Below, in pieces: positions 1-10,235 of a stretch of 64,000 bases of DNA. The notes beneath the pieces are model-generated. The model was given only the letters and a program-made list of their open reading frames with translations. It was not told the DNA's origin and did no database searches. Both the position numbers and the translations under genes were made by a program. This DNA comes from Magnetococcales bacterium. Lineage in GTDB: Bacteria; Pseudomonadota; Magnetococcia; Magnetococcales; UBA8363. Within the stretch, counting starts at the first letter, position 1; the number at the start of each line of letters is the position of its first letter. The stretch covers positions 19,350 through 83,349 of the forward strand of contig PEAK01000009.1 in assembly GCA_002753515.1 (NCBI GenBank). The letters are read 5' to 3'.

Positions 1-2
1 AT

Positions 3-746
3 CGCCATACCATAGTGGCTTTCGACCAGGAACTTGAACAGTTGGACGCCCTGCTCATTCGCCAATTCGCCGTCGTGCGCAACATGATCGACGATTCCAG
101 AACCGCTGTGTCCCACTACGACGTTGCGCTGGCCAAGCAGGTCATTCTCAAAGATCCCGAAGTGGACGAGTTGGAACTCACCATCGAGGAAAGGTGTATC
201 AAAATTCTCGCCCTGCGTAACCCTATGGCAGACGATTTGCGCTGGGTGGTAGCCACGCAAAAAGCTTCGTCGGAACTGGAACGGATCGGCGACTTCAGTA
301 AAAATATTGGCAAACGGGTCGGCGTACTGGCGCTCAATCCCCTCCCCGAAGCCTGTAACGGCCTGCATATGATGAACACGATCATCCTGGAACAGCTCGA
401 TCGCGTACTCGAAGCCTGGGTCGAGGAAACGGCAGAGGCCGCCATCAAGGTTTGGGAAGGCGATGAGGCGGTCGATGCCTTGTACGACAGCCTGTTCCGC
501 GAATTGTTGACCCATATGATGGAAGCACCAAAAAATATCAGTTCCTGCATCCATCTTTTGTTCATCGCCAAAAATTTGGAGCGGATCGGGGATCACATCA
601 CCAACATTGCCGAAGATGTATACTACCGCATCACCGGTAAAAAACCCCCTGCAGAGCGTCCCAAGGCGGATAAAACGTGTTCCGCCTCCAGCTATTGCAT
701 ACACGTCAACCCAGTGCCGAACGAAACAATCCAGGAAAACGAATAA
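3..746 (+). CDS. phoU: Phosphate signalling complex protein PhoU (5' end probably lies upstream of the window)
   Basis: Two PhoU repeats (ELERIGD, NLERIGDHITNIAE). The frame is open from base 3 (RHTIVAFDQEL). Confidence 0.95.
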   Translation, partial: RHTIVAFDQELEQLDALLIRQFAVVRNMIDDSRTAVSHYDVALAKQVILKDPEVDELELTIEERCIKILALRNPMADDLRWVVATQKASSELERIGDFSKNIGKRVGVLALNPLPEACNGLHMMNTIILEQLDRVLEAWVEETAEAAIKVWEGDEAVDALYDSLFRELLTHMMEAPKNISSCIHLLFIAKNLERIGDHITNIAEDVYYRITGKKPPAERPKADKTCSASSYCIHVNPVPNETIQENE

Positions 747-749
747 CCG

Positions 750-2846
750 TCACCAACCCGTTTCACGGACCCACAATGCCGCCACATTTTTCCACACCCT
801 TCCGGCCAAGGTGTCGGGTTCGCCACGTACAATGACCGTTCCAGGAATGCTCTGGGCAATGGAAGACCCCTCTCCCGCACCCGTCCGTTGAAAGCGAATG
901 ATGAAATGGGGCTGAATGGGGCGCAGGGTATCGCGCTCCATGCGTTCAGCCTCGATAGGCCCTCCGTAAAGGGAGGCCAACTTGAGATCTTCCAGTTTGG
1001 CCACCGCAAACGGATCGCTATCGACCCATTGCACCTCCATGACCGGATAATTGGCGTGATCGGGATAAAACGCCCCCCGGGATCCCGGAATCACCTGAGA
1101 CCGATCTTTTTCCGCCACATAGGCGAAGACCCGTTCGGAACCAAATTGCCGGATTTCCAACAAGGCATCCTCTTTGCCCACCCACAATCCCGGGGTCAAG
1201 CCTTCCTTGATCAGGGTCACCGTTCCCGAAACAGGTGCCCTGATGACAAGACGTTCCCTTTGGGCCAACAAACCGGCCATTTGCACCTGGGCCGCCACCC
1301 GTTTTTGTTCGGCAACCAAGCGGTTGGCAAAAAATTTCGGGCCATAAAGCAACAACTCTTCGCGAAAACGCACCTCTTCCAGACGACTTTGGGTTAAACG
1401 CCAATTGAGTTCCGGGGCCGCCATGGACAATAGGGGATCACCCTGTGCCACCCGTTGCCCCCCGGTGACCTTGAGGGTTTCGATCACCCCGCCCATAGGT
1501 GGGAACACACCGGCATATACCGAACAGCGCCATACCGCCGGCATGGTGATCGCGCTTTGCCAGGGGAGGAAAAACACCATCCCCGCTAACACGCTCATAA
1601 GCATCCACAAGCGAACATGGCCCGCAGCCATTTCCCGACGATTGGAAAACCACCAGCTCCATTCACGTACGATCGGCCCCAACAAGAACCAATACAGTTC
1701 AACCCCCATGAGAAACGCCCCCAACCATTTAAAAAACAGATGGTAAACCAACAAGGCGATGCCGAGATAAAGAAAAAATCGATAGACCCAGGTGATTAAT
1801 GCAAAACCTATCAAAAAGGAGCGCATACCCCGCGACCACCGTTCCGGTGGGGGGAGGGTGGCCCCCAATAGAACCTTGCGGATGAACCATTTGCCCATGG
1901 CAAAAGAACGTTCGTGCAAATTGGGCATATCCAAGGCGTCGGATAGCATGAAATAGCCATCAAAACGCATGAAAGGATTGATATTAAGCAACAGTGTGCC
2001 GGTCCAAACGACCGCGACCAACGAAAACAACGCCCCGCGCCATGGTCCCTCTTCCACCAGCGCCCAGGCCAGCAAAGCCCAAATAGCCAGCAAGGATTCG
2101 GCAGCCACGCCTGCCAAGGCCACCTTGAAACGATCTTTTTTTCGCGTTAAACGCCAGGTTTCGTTGGTATCGGTGTACAGCAAGGGCCACATCACCAAGA
2201 AAGCGACACCCATGGCCGGAATGCGACACCCCAAGCGTTTGGCCACCAGGGCATGCCCCAGCTCATGCACCAATTTGGCGGACAGCAGGGTCACGAACAA
2301 GGTGGCCACCCCCGCAGGCGTTGTCATGCCGTTCAGCGACCCCACAAAAGCATCCCATTGCCTTAAGGTGAGAAATCCCCCCAAAAGCAGGGCCAACCCG
2401 GTCACAAGCAAAAAGCTCCAGTGGGTCAGCAGCGTGACAACCGGCACCAAAGTGTGCAAGAACGCATCGGGACGCGCCAAGGGAATACGGAAAAACAGGT
2501 AATGATGCAAAAGTTTGGTAAACCAACCCACGGGTTGCATACGTTGTGCAACATCAACGCTGGATGGTTGTGTCAACCCTTGCACGGTCAAAAAATGGAC
2601 CAGAAGGATCAAGCGTTCCTCGCTGATCGTCAGGGTGGTTTCGCGATGAACCCGGTCGAGCAAATCCTGGGGACCGGTTGCTTCGCCCCAGCGGGCGACC
2701 ATTTCAAACTCAGGCCAGCCCAAGCGAAAAAATTGATTGCGCGGTTGATCCCATAACAACCAGGTCGGTGCCCCACCCGGCCCGGTCCCCCCGGGTAAGA
2801 GGCGTAGATCCTGGCGTAACAAAGGCAGATGTGGCGTCCCGGTCAC
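750..2846 (-). CDS. M50 (site-2) zinc metallopeptidase fused to a HlyD-type adaptor domain
   Basis: HELGH and NINPFMRFDG motifs within several TM helices, followed by a lipoyl/coiled-coil adaptor (GGVIETLKVTGGQRVAQGDPL...IRAPVSG). Confidence 0.85.
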   Translation of the reverse strand: MTGTPHLPLLRQDLRLLPGGTGPGGAPTWLLWDQPRNQFFRLGWPEFEMVARWGEATGPQDLLDRVHRETTLTISEERLILLVHFLTVQGLTQPSSVDVAQRMQPVGWFTKLLHHYLFFRIPLARPDAFLHTLVPVVTLLTHWSFLLVTGLALLLGGFLTLRQWDAFVGSLNGMTTPAGVATLFVTLLSAKLVHELGHALVAKRLGCRIPAMGVAFLVMWPLLYTDTNETWRLTRKKDRFKVALAGVAAESLLAIWALLAWALVEEGPWRGALFSLVAVVWTGTLLLNINPFMRFDGYFMLSDALDMPNLHERSFAMGKWFIRKVLLGATLPPPERWSRGMRSFLIGFALITWVYRFFLYLGIALLVYHLFFKWLGAFLMGVELYWFLLGPIVREWSWWFSNRREMAAGHVRLWMLMSVLAGMVFFLPWQSAITMPAVWRCSVYAGVFPPMGGVIETLKVTGGQRVAQGDPLLSMAAPELNWRLTQSRLEEVRFREELLLYGPKFFANRLVAEQKRVAAQVQMAGLLAQRERLVIRAPVSGTVTLIKEGLTPGLWVGKEDALLEIRQFGSERVFAYVAEKDRSQVIPGSRGAFYPDHANYPVMEVQWVDSDPFAVAKLEDLKLASLYGGPIEAERMERDTLRPIQPHFIIRFQRTGAGEGSSIAQSIPGTVIVRGEPDTLAGRVWKNVAALWVRETGW

Positions 2847-4222
2847 AACACGGCCATTCGCCGCAAAGCCGCCAGCGGACGGTGAAACAAGGCATGAAAC
2901 AGCGATACTTCAGGACCATAGATCTTGGCGGTCCCTTTCAATCCCAGGCGTGGCAAGGGATGACCGTTCGCCATCTCCGCCTTGAGTTGATAGACCAGCT
3001 TGCCTTCAGCCGAAGGGGTCGCTTCATAGGCGGCAAAACGTAACCGTCCCGCCAAGGGGCGCAAGGGATCACTATCAAGATACAGCACCACCTCCGAACC
3101 CATTGCTAACGGCATGGCCTCCGCTGCCGGCAGCTCCATGGTCATCTCGACATGCTCGGGGGCAGCGATCTCCAACACCTTTTCACCCAACCGTACCGGT
3201 CTACCCAGCCAAGCATACGGATCGCTAAACACCGCGATACCGTCAACGGCCGCATGGATCCAGGCTCGTTCCAACAACTCCGCAGCATAGGCAACCTTGG
3301 CAGAGGCCTCACGAACCAAATTTTTATGGGTAGCGATTTCCGCCATGCGCTCCTTGTCGGAAAAGGCGAGCTGCTCCACCTTGCGCAACTGGGTCTCAGC
3401 CAAAGCCAATTCTTCCTGGGCCAGTTGATGCCGCGATTTCAACTCGGTAACATCCAGGGCAAACAACAATGCCCCCTTTTTGACCGCAGCATGGGGTTCG
3501 ATAAAAAATTGCGCCACCATCCCATCCATTGGGGCGGTCACCAAAGAAGGATTGACCGCCGCCACCCGCGCAGGTGCCAATACCGATTGGCGCACATCGA
3601 TTGCAAACATCGCCAGCAGGACCACCAGAACCAAAAGCAACCACAAGCCTTCCCGCAATTTTTTCAGCACCTGCCTCCCGGAATATCTCTTCCCCTGCCA
3701 CAGCGCCACGGATTCACCATAACCTTGCAGCAAATGCTCCAGGAGTATGCGTTCCCCTTCTTCCCATGCCCGATCCCTGGTCAACCAAAGACCACCCAAC
3801 ACATCCCCTGTTCGCGGGTGTTTGAGCGGCAACCACAAGCCACTCGCATGTATCCACGATTCCCCTTCGACAGCCAATTCCTTGGGAAGACGATCCAGTG
3901 GCAATTCTTGAATCTGGTCGAACCCCGGGGCCTGATGCACCTGGTCGATGGCCTTTTGGTACCAAACCATTTGCGGGGCATTGGCATCAAACCGGGGCAC
4001 TCCGGAAACCGCCGCAATGGTCACTTTACCCGATGCCGACCAGCGCCAAAAAATGGCCTGGGCATAAAAAACCAACCTCAGGGTTTCATTGACCACCACA
4101 AAGCCCAATTGCGCCAGGCTTTCCGCTTTACGCGCCTCCTCCTGTAGCGTCAGCAGGGTTGTCAACCCCTGGACCTGGCGCTCCAGCAATTCGACTGGTG
4201 GATGATGGACGGATTGGGTCAT
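2843..4222 (-). CDS. HlyD-family periplasmic adaptor with N-terminal GAF-like domain
   Basis: GAF-like N-terminus, one TM helix and lipoyl halves (VTAPMDG, IHAAVDG). It overlaps the next gene by 4 bp. The ATG at 4222 is preferred to the TTG at 4234. Confidence 0.8.
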   Translation of the reverse strand: MTQSVHHPPVELLERQVQGLTTLLTLQEEARKAESLAQLGFVVVNETLRLVFYAQAIFWRWSASGKVTIAAVSGVPRFDANAPQMVWYQKAIDQVHQAPGFDQIQELPLDRLPKELAVEGESWIHASGLWLPLKHPRTGDVLGGLWLTRDRAWEEGERILLEHLLQGYGESVALWQGKRYSGRQVLKKLREGLWLLLVLVVLLAMFAIDVRQSVLAPARVAAVNPSLVTAPMDGMVAQFFIEPHAAVKKGALLFALDVTELKSRHQLAQEELALAETQLRKVEQLAFSDKERMAEIATHKNLVREASAKVAYAAELLERAWIHAAVDGIAVFSDPYAWLGRPVRLGEKVLEIAAPEHVEMTMELPAAEAMPLAMGSEVVLYLDSDPLRPLAGRLRFAAYEATPSAEGKLVYQLKAEMANGHPLPRLGLKGTAKIYGPEVSLFHALFHRPLAALRRMAVL

Positions 4223-4256
4223 GGTTGTGGCCAACGAACAAAAGAAAACAGCCCGA

Positions 4257-5477
4257 TTATCCAGCGTGACCCATGGATTTGGAATGCAGCAGAACAGGCA
4301 TCAGGTCACATCCCGGGCTGAAAGAAAGGGAGCCGGTCTGCAACAAGGTTTCATCGTAAACACGGTTTAAATCAGGAATCACCCCGGTTCCAAAGAGGGC
4401 AAACGGCACCGGATCCGAGTTATGGGTCCTGGAGGCTATCGGAGTCGGGTGATCGGGCAGGGACAAGACACGGAAGTTCCCACGTTTGTCCAAGGCTTCC
4501 AAGACAGGTCCCACCAACCTCCGGTCAAAATCTTCAATGGCTTGAATCTTTAGATCCAGCCGTCCGCCATGACCCGCCTCATCCGGGGCCTCCACGTGAA
4601 CAAACATGAGATCATGGCGTTGCAACCCTTCCAGGCACGCGGCAACCTTACCTTCATAATTGGTATCCAACCATCCCGTCGCCCCGGGTACCGTAAACGG
4701 TTCAAAGCCAATATGAACAGCTATCCCACGCATCAGGTCAACGGCGGAAATCATCCCACCGGTTTTGCCATACCGATCAACGAACAATGGCAGCTCGGGC
4801 CTGCGCCCCTGGCCCCAGAGCCATATGGCGTTGGCCGGTTTAAGACCCTCGGCCAAGCGTTTCTGGTTGACCGGATGCGCCAGCAGGAATTGTTGCGATT
4901 GTTCCATCAAACGATGTATGGGAGCCGCATCGGCACCATTGGGGAGATACTCTTCAATCAAGCGACCGGAAATATCGTGCGGTGGAGTGGTCGTAACCTT
5001 GTCGCCCCCCCCATGCCATACCAGGAGATGACGATAGCTGACCCCGGGATAGAAACGGAACGCATCACTGCCCAGTTCGTCATTGAGGAGGGGTATGATT
5101 GCAGCCGCTTCCGAGGTGGCGATGTGCCCCGCCGCAAAGTCGTCCATGCGGCTGAAACCGTCTTCAAGAGTCACCAAGTTGCAGCGGAATGCCAGATCAT
5201 CCGCGCCCAATGTGACCCCCATGGCAGCCGCCTCCAAGGGGGAACGACCGGTGTACCCTTGGGTGACATCGTAGCCCAACACCCCGAGATTGGCGACATC
5301 ACTACCCGGATAGTAGCCCGTAGGGGTATTTAATGACCACCCCCCGATCCCATCACGGACCATACGATCCAGGTTGGGGGTATTGGCCACCATCAGGGGG
5401 GTGCGTCCACCCAGCTCGGCGATGGGCTGATCACTCATCCCATCGCCGAGCAATATAACGTACTTCATTTCCGGCAT
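4257..5477 (-). CDS. apgM: Cofactor-independent phosphoglycerate mutase (ApgM family)
   Basis: GDGMSD, PGSDVAN, HVEAPDEAGH and DHPTP metal-binding motifs. Confidence 0.88.
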   Translation of the reverse strand: MPEMKYVILLGDGMSDQPIAELGGRTPLMVANTPNLDRMVRDGIGGWSLNTPTGYYPGSDVANLGVLGYDVTQGYTGRSPLEAAAMGVTLGADDLAFRCNLVTLEDGFSRMDDFAAGHIATSEAAAIIPLLNDELGSDAFRFYPGVSYRHLLVWHGGGDKVTTTPPHDISGRLIEEYLPNGADAAPIHRLMEQSQQFLLAHPVNQKRLAEGLKPANAIWLWGQGRRPELPLFVDRYGKTGGMISAVDLMRGIAVHIGFEPFTVPGATGWLDTNYEGKVAACLEGLQRHDLMFVHVEAPDEAGHGGRLDLKIQAIEDFDRRLVGPVLEALDKRGNFRVLSLPDHPTPIASRTHNSDPVPFALFGTGVIPDLNRVYDETLLQTGSLSFSPGCDLMPVLLHSKSMGHAG

Positions 5478-5496
5478 GAACCGACTCCGGGAAATG

Positions 5497-6477
5497 TTAT
5501 TTCAGGAGATGTTTAACAACCTCCCTCTCCTTGCGCAACTCGTCATGCACAGCATCAAACTTGGCCTTGGCCCAAGGGGTCATGGGCAATCCCTCGACCA
5601 CTTCATAGGAGCCGTCCTTGGTGGTACGCACCGGATAGCCGAAAATAAGCCCTTTGTCGGCGCCGTATTGACCATTGGAACACACGGCCACGGAACGCCA
5701 ATCCCCAGCGGGAGTGGGATTCATCAGGTCAATGACGTGATCCAGGGCCGCATTGGCAGCGGAAGCCGCGCTGGAAGCGCCACGGGCTTTGATGATGTCG
5801 GCACCGCGATTTTGCACCGTCTTGACGAAGGTTTCCTGCAACCAGGTCTGATCGGTAATCACTTGGGCCGCCGGTTTGCCGCCAATCTTGGCATTTTCAA
5901 AATCGGGGTATTGATTGTTGGAATGGTTACCCCAGATGGCCATATTGGTCACTGCCGTAACCGGTTGACCCGACTTTTCCGCAAGCAGGCTTTGCGCCCG
6001 ATTCTGGTCCAAACGCATCATGGCGGAAAAACGATCCTTCGGGACATCGGAGTTGTTCATGGCAATCAGACAGTTGGTGTTGCAGGGGTTACCCACAACC
6101 ATGGCCCGCACATCATTGGCACCCCGGTTCAACGCCTTGCCCTGCCCGACAAAAATCGGCCCGTTCTCCTTGATCAGGTCACCCCGTTCCATGCCCGGTC
6201 CCCGGGGTTTGGCACCGACCATGAAGACCCAGTTGATACCGTCAAAAGCTTCTTCCGCTTTGTCCGTGAGGTCCATACCGGACAAAAGTGGAAAAGCGCA
6301 GTCAGCGAGTTCCATTGCGACCCCTTGCAGGGCTTTCATGGCGGGGGTGATTTCCAACAGTTTCAGGTGGACGGGACGATCCTTCCCAAAAACCTGACCA
6401 GAGGCAACACGAAATAAAATGCTGTACGCAATTTGCCCGGCAGCACCGGTTACAGCGACTCGAATTGGATTGGCCAC
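5497..6477 (-). CDS. mdh: Malate dehydrogenase
   Basis: [28 protein letters not shown] and WGNHS motifs. GTG start at 6477 with AGGAG upstream. Confidence 0.96.
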   Translation of the reverse strand: MANPIRVAVTGAAGQIAYSILFRVASGQVFGKDRPVHLKLLEITPAMKALQGVAMELADCAFPLLSGMDLTDKAEEAFDGINWVFMVGAKPRGPGMERGDLIKENGPIFVGQGKALNRGANDVRAMVVGNPCNTNCLIAMNNSDVPKDRFSAMMRLDQNRAQSLLAEKSGQPVTAVTNMAIWGNHSNNQYPDFENAKIGGKPAAQVITDQTWLQETFVKTVQNRGADIIKARGASSAASAANAALDHVIDLMNPTPAGDWRSVAVCSNGQYGADKGLIFGYPVRTTKDGSYEVVEGLPMTPWAKAKFDAVHDELRKEREVVKHLLK

Positions 6478-6549
6478 GAATATACTCCTTGTCAATTGTT
6501 TAGGTCTGGGGCGCTAGTTTGCATCAGGATGAGGCCAATGGCAACCATT

Positions 6550-7221
6550 TCATTCCTGGACCCGGTCCTTTTTTTCGCGCTGTTGAGCCGCCTCCAGTAT
6601 CATCTGCTCGGCTCCCAGCCGGTCACCTCGGGCATAGCGATCCAGTAACCCGCACGCAAAGAGATGGCGCCAAAAACGACCGCGTTCTTCAAGAGAAGAT
6701 AACGCAGGAGCCATCTTCTTCCGCCATTGAGAAAACCATAACGCCATCTCCCCCAGATTATCCGGGAGTTGTTCGGCGATTTTTTGCCGCAGCCAACCCG
6801 ATAACGCCGGTCCCGTACCCCCGGTGGAGATGGCCACCGCAACCGGGGAACGGCGAATCAACGCCGGCCAGATGGCGCTACAAAATTCGGGCTGATCCAC
6901 CACGTTGACAAACACCCCCCGTGCCTCCGCCTCCCTGCGAATAGTCCGGTTGATGGCATCGTTCGCGTGCGTGCTGACAACCAACCAGACACCCTCAAGG
7001 TGATCGGGGCTGAAGGTGGTGCCGAGCCAATCAATACGTCCCTGGTGCGTCTCAGGCCATAAAGCCACCATCTCCTGCGGTGCAACCAACCGCAAACGGG
7101 CACCCGCCTGCAACAACAAATCCCCCTTGCGTAACAATTCCTCGCCCGCGCCAACCAACAGACAGGCCCGACCTTTCATATCGAGAAACAATGGCAAAAA
7201 GGCCCCTTCCATCACCCACAT
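6550..7221 (-). CDS. Precorrin-2 dehydrogenase / sirohydrochlorin ferrochelatase (N-terminal half of CysG; SirC/Met8-like)
   Basis: LPLFLDMKGRACLLVGAG, VNVVDQPEFC and VAISTGG motifs. No methyltransferase domain. Confidence 0.88.
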   Translation of the reverse strand: MWVMEGAFLPLFLDMKGRACLLVGAGEELLRKGDLLLQAGARLRLVAPQEMVALWPETHQGRIDWLGTTFSPDHLEGVWLVVSTHANDAINRTIRREAEARGVFVNVVDQPEFCSAIWPALIRRSPVAVAISTGGTGPALSGWLRQKIAEQLPDNLGEMALWFSQWRKKMAPALSSLEERGRFWRHLFACGLLDRYARGDRLGAEQMILEAAQQREKKDRVQE

Positions 7222-7330
7222 CTCCTTTGAGTACCCTCACACCCACTTAAATAATAAGGATTGACAATGCCATCGTGATCATGAAAATGCGAACACTCCC
7301 CCTAACGTCACAACCTGCGGAAGGCCCTCC

Positions 7331-7567
7331 ATGCAATCCACCCCTGAACCAACCCTTGAATTGGACGTACGCCTCCACCCGCCACCGCAACCCATGGTAC
7401 TGATCCTTGAGGCAACGGCCAAGCTTGCACCGGGTTCCTCCCTGAAAGTCATCCATAGCCGGATACCCCACCCGCTCTATCCCCGCCTCCAGGAACGCGG
7501 CCTATTGGTGGAAACCCACGAACATGCCGATGGGACGGTCGAATTGGTGATCAGCAGACCCCTTTAG
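7331..7567 (+). CDS. DUF2249 (TusA/SirA-like fold) small protein
   Basis: LDVR..PPQPMVLIL..HSRIPHPLYPRL pattern. Confidence 0.75.
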   Translation: MQSTPEPTLELDVRLHPPPQPMVLILEATAKLAPGSSLKVIHSRIPHPLYPRLQERGLLVETHEHADGTVELVISRPL

Positions 7568-7590
7568 ATTGTCAAGCGGATGGCGGAAAT

Positions 7591-8394
7591 TTACCCACGC
7601 ACGGGTGGGAACAATCCATCCAGATAGCTTTTGAGGTCCCGATTGATGGGCATGAAATAGACATGCTGACCGCGACGAATTGCAAAATCCATGGCGGCAT
7701 GGGCAAATTCGATATTCCATTCCTCTGTCGGCTGGAAAGAACGGGGGAAAATAGCCAGATTCCGTTTTTCCCAATACCCCTGGGATTGCGCGGTGGTCAC
7801 GGGGGAAATTCCCCAATAAATATCTTGCCCTTCCAGCAATTCGGCATAAATTTGCATCAATCGCAGATCAAAAAATGGTTGGGTGAAAAATCCATCCGCT
7901 CCGGCACTCAACTTTTCCCGAACGTAAGACATCTCCTCTTGAAAACCGGATCGATAGGGATCGATGGCGGCATAGACTTTGACTTCCGGCATCTCCGCCT
8001 TGAATTTTCGAATCACATCCACCGAGCGGATTTTATATTGCGGAAAAAAGGGATCGGGATGAACATCCCCGGTGACCACCAGCACTTGGTTGATACGATG
8101 CTCACGCAAATAATCCACCATGGGCAGGGGGTGATCGGGATTCAGATCGCGGGCACGGATGTGCGGAATCGCCGCAGCGAAATGTTGGCGCGCCAATGCG
8201 CAGCCCTCCCAGGAACGCATGGAAAAACGCGGGAGATCGGGAATATTGATCAATGAAACAGCTTTGTAGCCCATCTTGATCATTGTCAGCTCTTCATGGA
8301 GGGATTCTTGATCCCTGGGCACAAGCTCAAATGAAACCAAGGATTTATGACTTCCAGAAATGTCTTGATTCTCGCCCATCATGTCACTCTCCAT
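7591..8394 (-). CDS. metF: Methylenetetrahydrofolate reductase family protein
   Basis: SFELVPR, IPHIRARD, VLVVTGD and GADGFFTQPFFD motifs. Confidence 0.85.
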   Translation of the reverse strand: MESDMMGENQDISGSHKSLVSFELVPRDQESLHEELTMIKMGYKAVSLINIPDLPRFSMRSWEGCALARQHFAAAIPHIRARDLNPDHPLPMVDYLREHRINQVLVVTGDVHPDPFFPQYKIRSVDVIRKFKAEMPEVKVYAAIDPYRSGFQEEMSYVREKLSAGADGFFTQPFFDLRLMQIYAELLEGQDIYWGISPVTTAQSQGYWEKRNLAIFPRSFQPTEEWNIEFAHAAMDFAIRRGQHVYFMPINRDLKSYLDGLFPPVRG

Positions 8395-8647
8395 TTTTTT
8401 TGTCCTCTTTATTTTATAGATCGCAAAGGATGGGTAACCCGTGCCTTCAGCCCCTTTGCTATAAAACGAAACAGTTTCACGGTTTTTGACAAACGTATTC
8501 CTTGAAGATTGGCAACGCCAAAATCAAGAGCCAAACAATAACCATGAATTCTGATATATTTCAACTTGTTGTCTATTTTCTTGAAAAATTTGTGAGTCTA
8601 TTTCATTTTTCCGTTGTCGTATGAAAAAGAGGAAAAAGCATATCCTG

Positions 8648-9064
8648 CTACTTCCTGCCTAACAACTCTTTCAGATTTTCAAAGGGATTGTATTTGGCCA
8701 AATCCTGTTCGTCCCTTGCCATCGTGATAGCCTCGTCCGGCTGATATTCCACGTACCGTGAATGTTCGTTATCATGGCAATATATACAAAGATTTTCCCA
8801 ATTACTGCCATCGGCGGGGTTATTGTCGTGATTATGGTCCTTATGATGAACGGTCAGCTCCGTGATATTCGACTGATCAAATACACGCCCACAACGGGCA
8901 CAGACCCAGGGGTGAATGCGCAACGATTGCTCTCGGTAACCCGCCATGCGTTTGTCCCGGTTGCCAATCGCCCCACCGACAATACGTTGCATCGCCTGTT
9001 CCCTTTCCTCCGGGCTGCGATCTTTGGGCTGTTTGGGTTTTGGCGAAAAACCTTTCCTTTTCAT
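8648..9064 (-). CDS. yajD: HNH nuclease, YajD family
   Basis: YREQSL..PWVCARCGR..ELTVHHKDHNHDNNP.DGSNWENLCIYCHDNEH. AGGAGG precedes the ATG at 9064. Confidence 0.9.
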   Translation of the reverse strand: MKRKGFSPKPKQPKDRSPEEREQAMQRIVGGAIGNRDKRMAGYREQSLRIHPWVCARCGRVFDQSNITELTVHHKDHNHDNNPADGSNWENLCIYCHDNEHSRYVEYQPDEAITMARDEQDLAKYNPFENLKELLGRK

Positions 9065-9560
9065 GAAGTGCCTCCTGTGACAAGCTACCATAACGGAAGA
9101 GTATTGATACTTAAATCATTTTTTTGGATTGTAAACGCCGATTCAGTTTCACAAAAAGTGGAAATGTCTATTAATATCAATATTCTATGAAACTTTGTAC
9201 AATTTCAACCCGTCTGAACCGACTATTTGCCCTTTTTGAAAAAAAATGACCGATCTATAGACAAGGACACTTGAATGCCCGCAATTAAAGAATTATTCTC
9301 ATCTAACTTGGACCCCTAGATTCAGGGACCTGTCCAGCAGTACCCCGGAAACACTGAAGCTGCCTGCTGTTCCCTGTAAGGTTCAAACCAAGGATAGCGC
9401 GCATCGGAAAGGAGTACCCTTACTCCAACATTGAAGTCGTACCCGACAGTGTTTATTCTAAAATTCTTTAAGTGAGAATGTTTTTTTCTCACCGTCACAC
9501 TGGCCCAGACAAGCTGTTTGACCCAGTTGACCCAAACACAACAGGAGGCAACAATTTACC

Positions 9561-10235
9561 ATGACTAACACTCTGAGCGAACGAATTCAACAAGCCAGAA
9601 AGCATGCGGGACTCACGCAAAAGGAACTCGCCGATAAGGTGGGAATCAGCCAAACAGCCGTTCATAAACTGGAATGCGGACGCTCCCGCTCATCCCGCAG
9701 AACCGTCGCCATCGCTTTGACCTGTGGCGTCGATCCCATCTGGTTGGATAACGGTCGCGGTGAAATGGCGCTCCCGGGTGCCGCCCCCTATTCCGCTGAG
9801 TTCAACGGTGTCCGGGAAGATGGGGAAACCTATCGTTCCTACCCGCTCATTGCCCGTATCCCCCTCATTTCCTGGGACGAAATGGACAAATATTGCGGTC
9901 GGGCCGCAGAAGAATTCACGCCCGATGTTTCCTCCTGGGTTCCGGTTGCCCCTCGAGCCAGTGATCGCTCCTTTGCCCTGAAGGTTCCCGACGACTCCAT
10001 GGAGCCCGAATTTTACGAGGGTGAAGTCATCATCATTGATCCGACCCGCAAAGGTTCACACAACCAATTCCTGGTCGCCCGTGAGGGAAGAAATCGCCCA
10101 ACCTTCAAACAGTTGATCCTTCATGGGAACCAGCAATATCTCAAACCCCTTAATTCCCGCTACCCGCTTATCGATGTCAAAAGCGAAATTCAAGTGTGCG
10201 GTGTGGTCGTCTGCAAATACAAAGATTATATGTAA
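9561..10235 (+). CDS. XRE-HTH plus S24 peptidase repressor (phage CI/LexA-like)
   Basis: HTH (GLTQKELADKVGISQTAVHKLE), catalytic Ser in DDSMEP and Lys in TFKQL. AGGAGG RBS. Confidence 0.9.
   Translation: MTNTLSERIQQARKHAGLTQKELADKVGISQTAVHKLECGRSRSSRRTVAIALTCGVDPIWLDNGRGEMALPGAAPYSAEFNGVREDGETYRSYPLIARIPLISWDEMDKYCGRAAEEFTPDVSSWVPVAPRASDRSFALKVPDDSMEPEFYEGEVIIIDPTRKGSHNQFLVAREGRNRPTFKQLILHGNQQYLKPLNSRYPLIDVKSEIQVCGVVVCKYKDYM

Noticed and set aside
9370-9395. GGTTCAAA resembling a tRNA T-loop
   Set aside because: No T-stem or cloverleaf pairing around it.
8648-10235. Prophage suggested by the HNH nuclease and CI-like repressor
   Set aside because: There is no integrase, structural or replication gene, and YajD is a normal chromosomal family.
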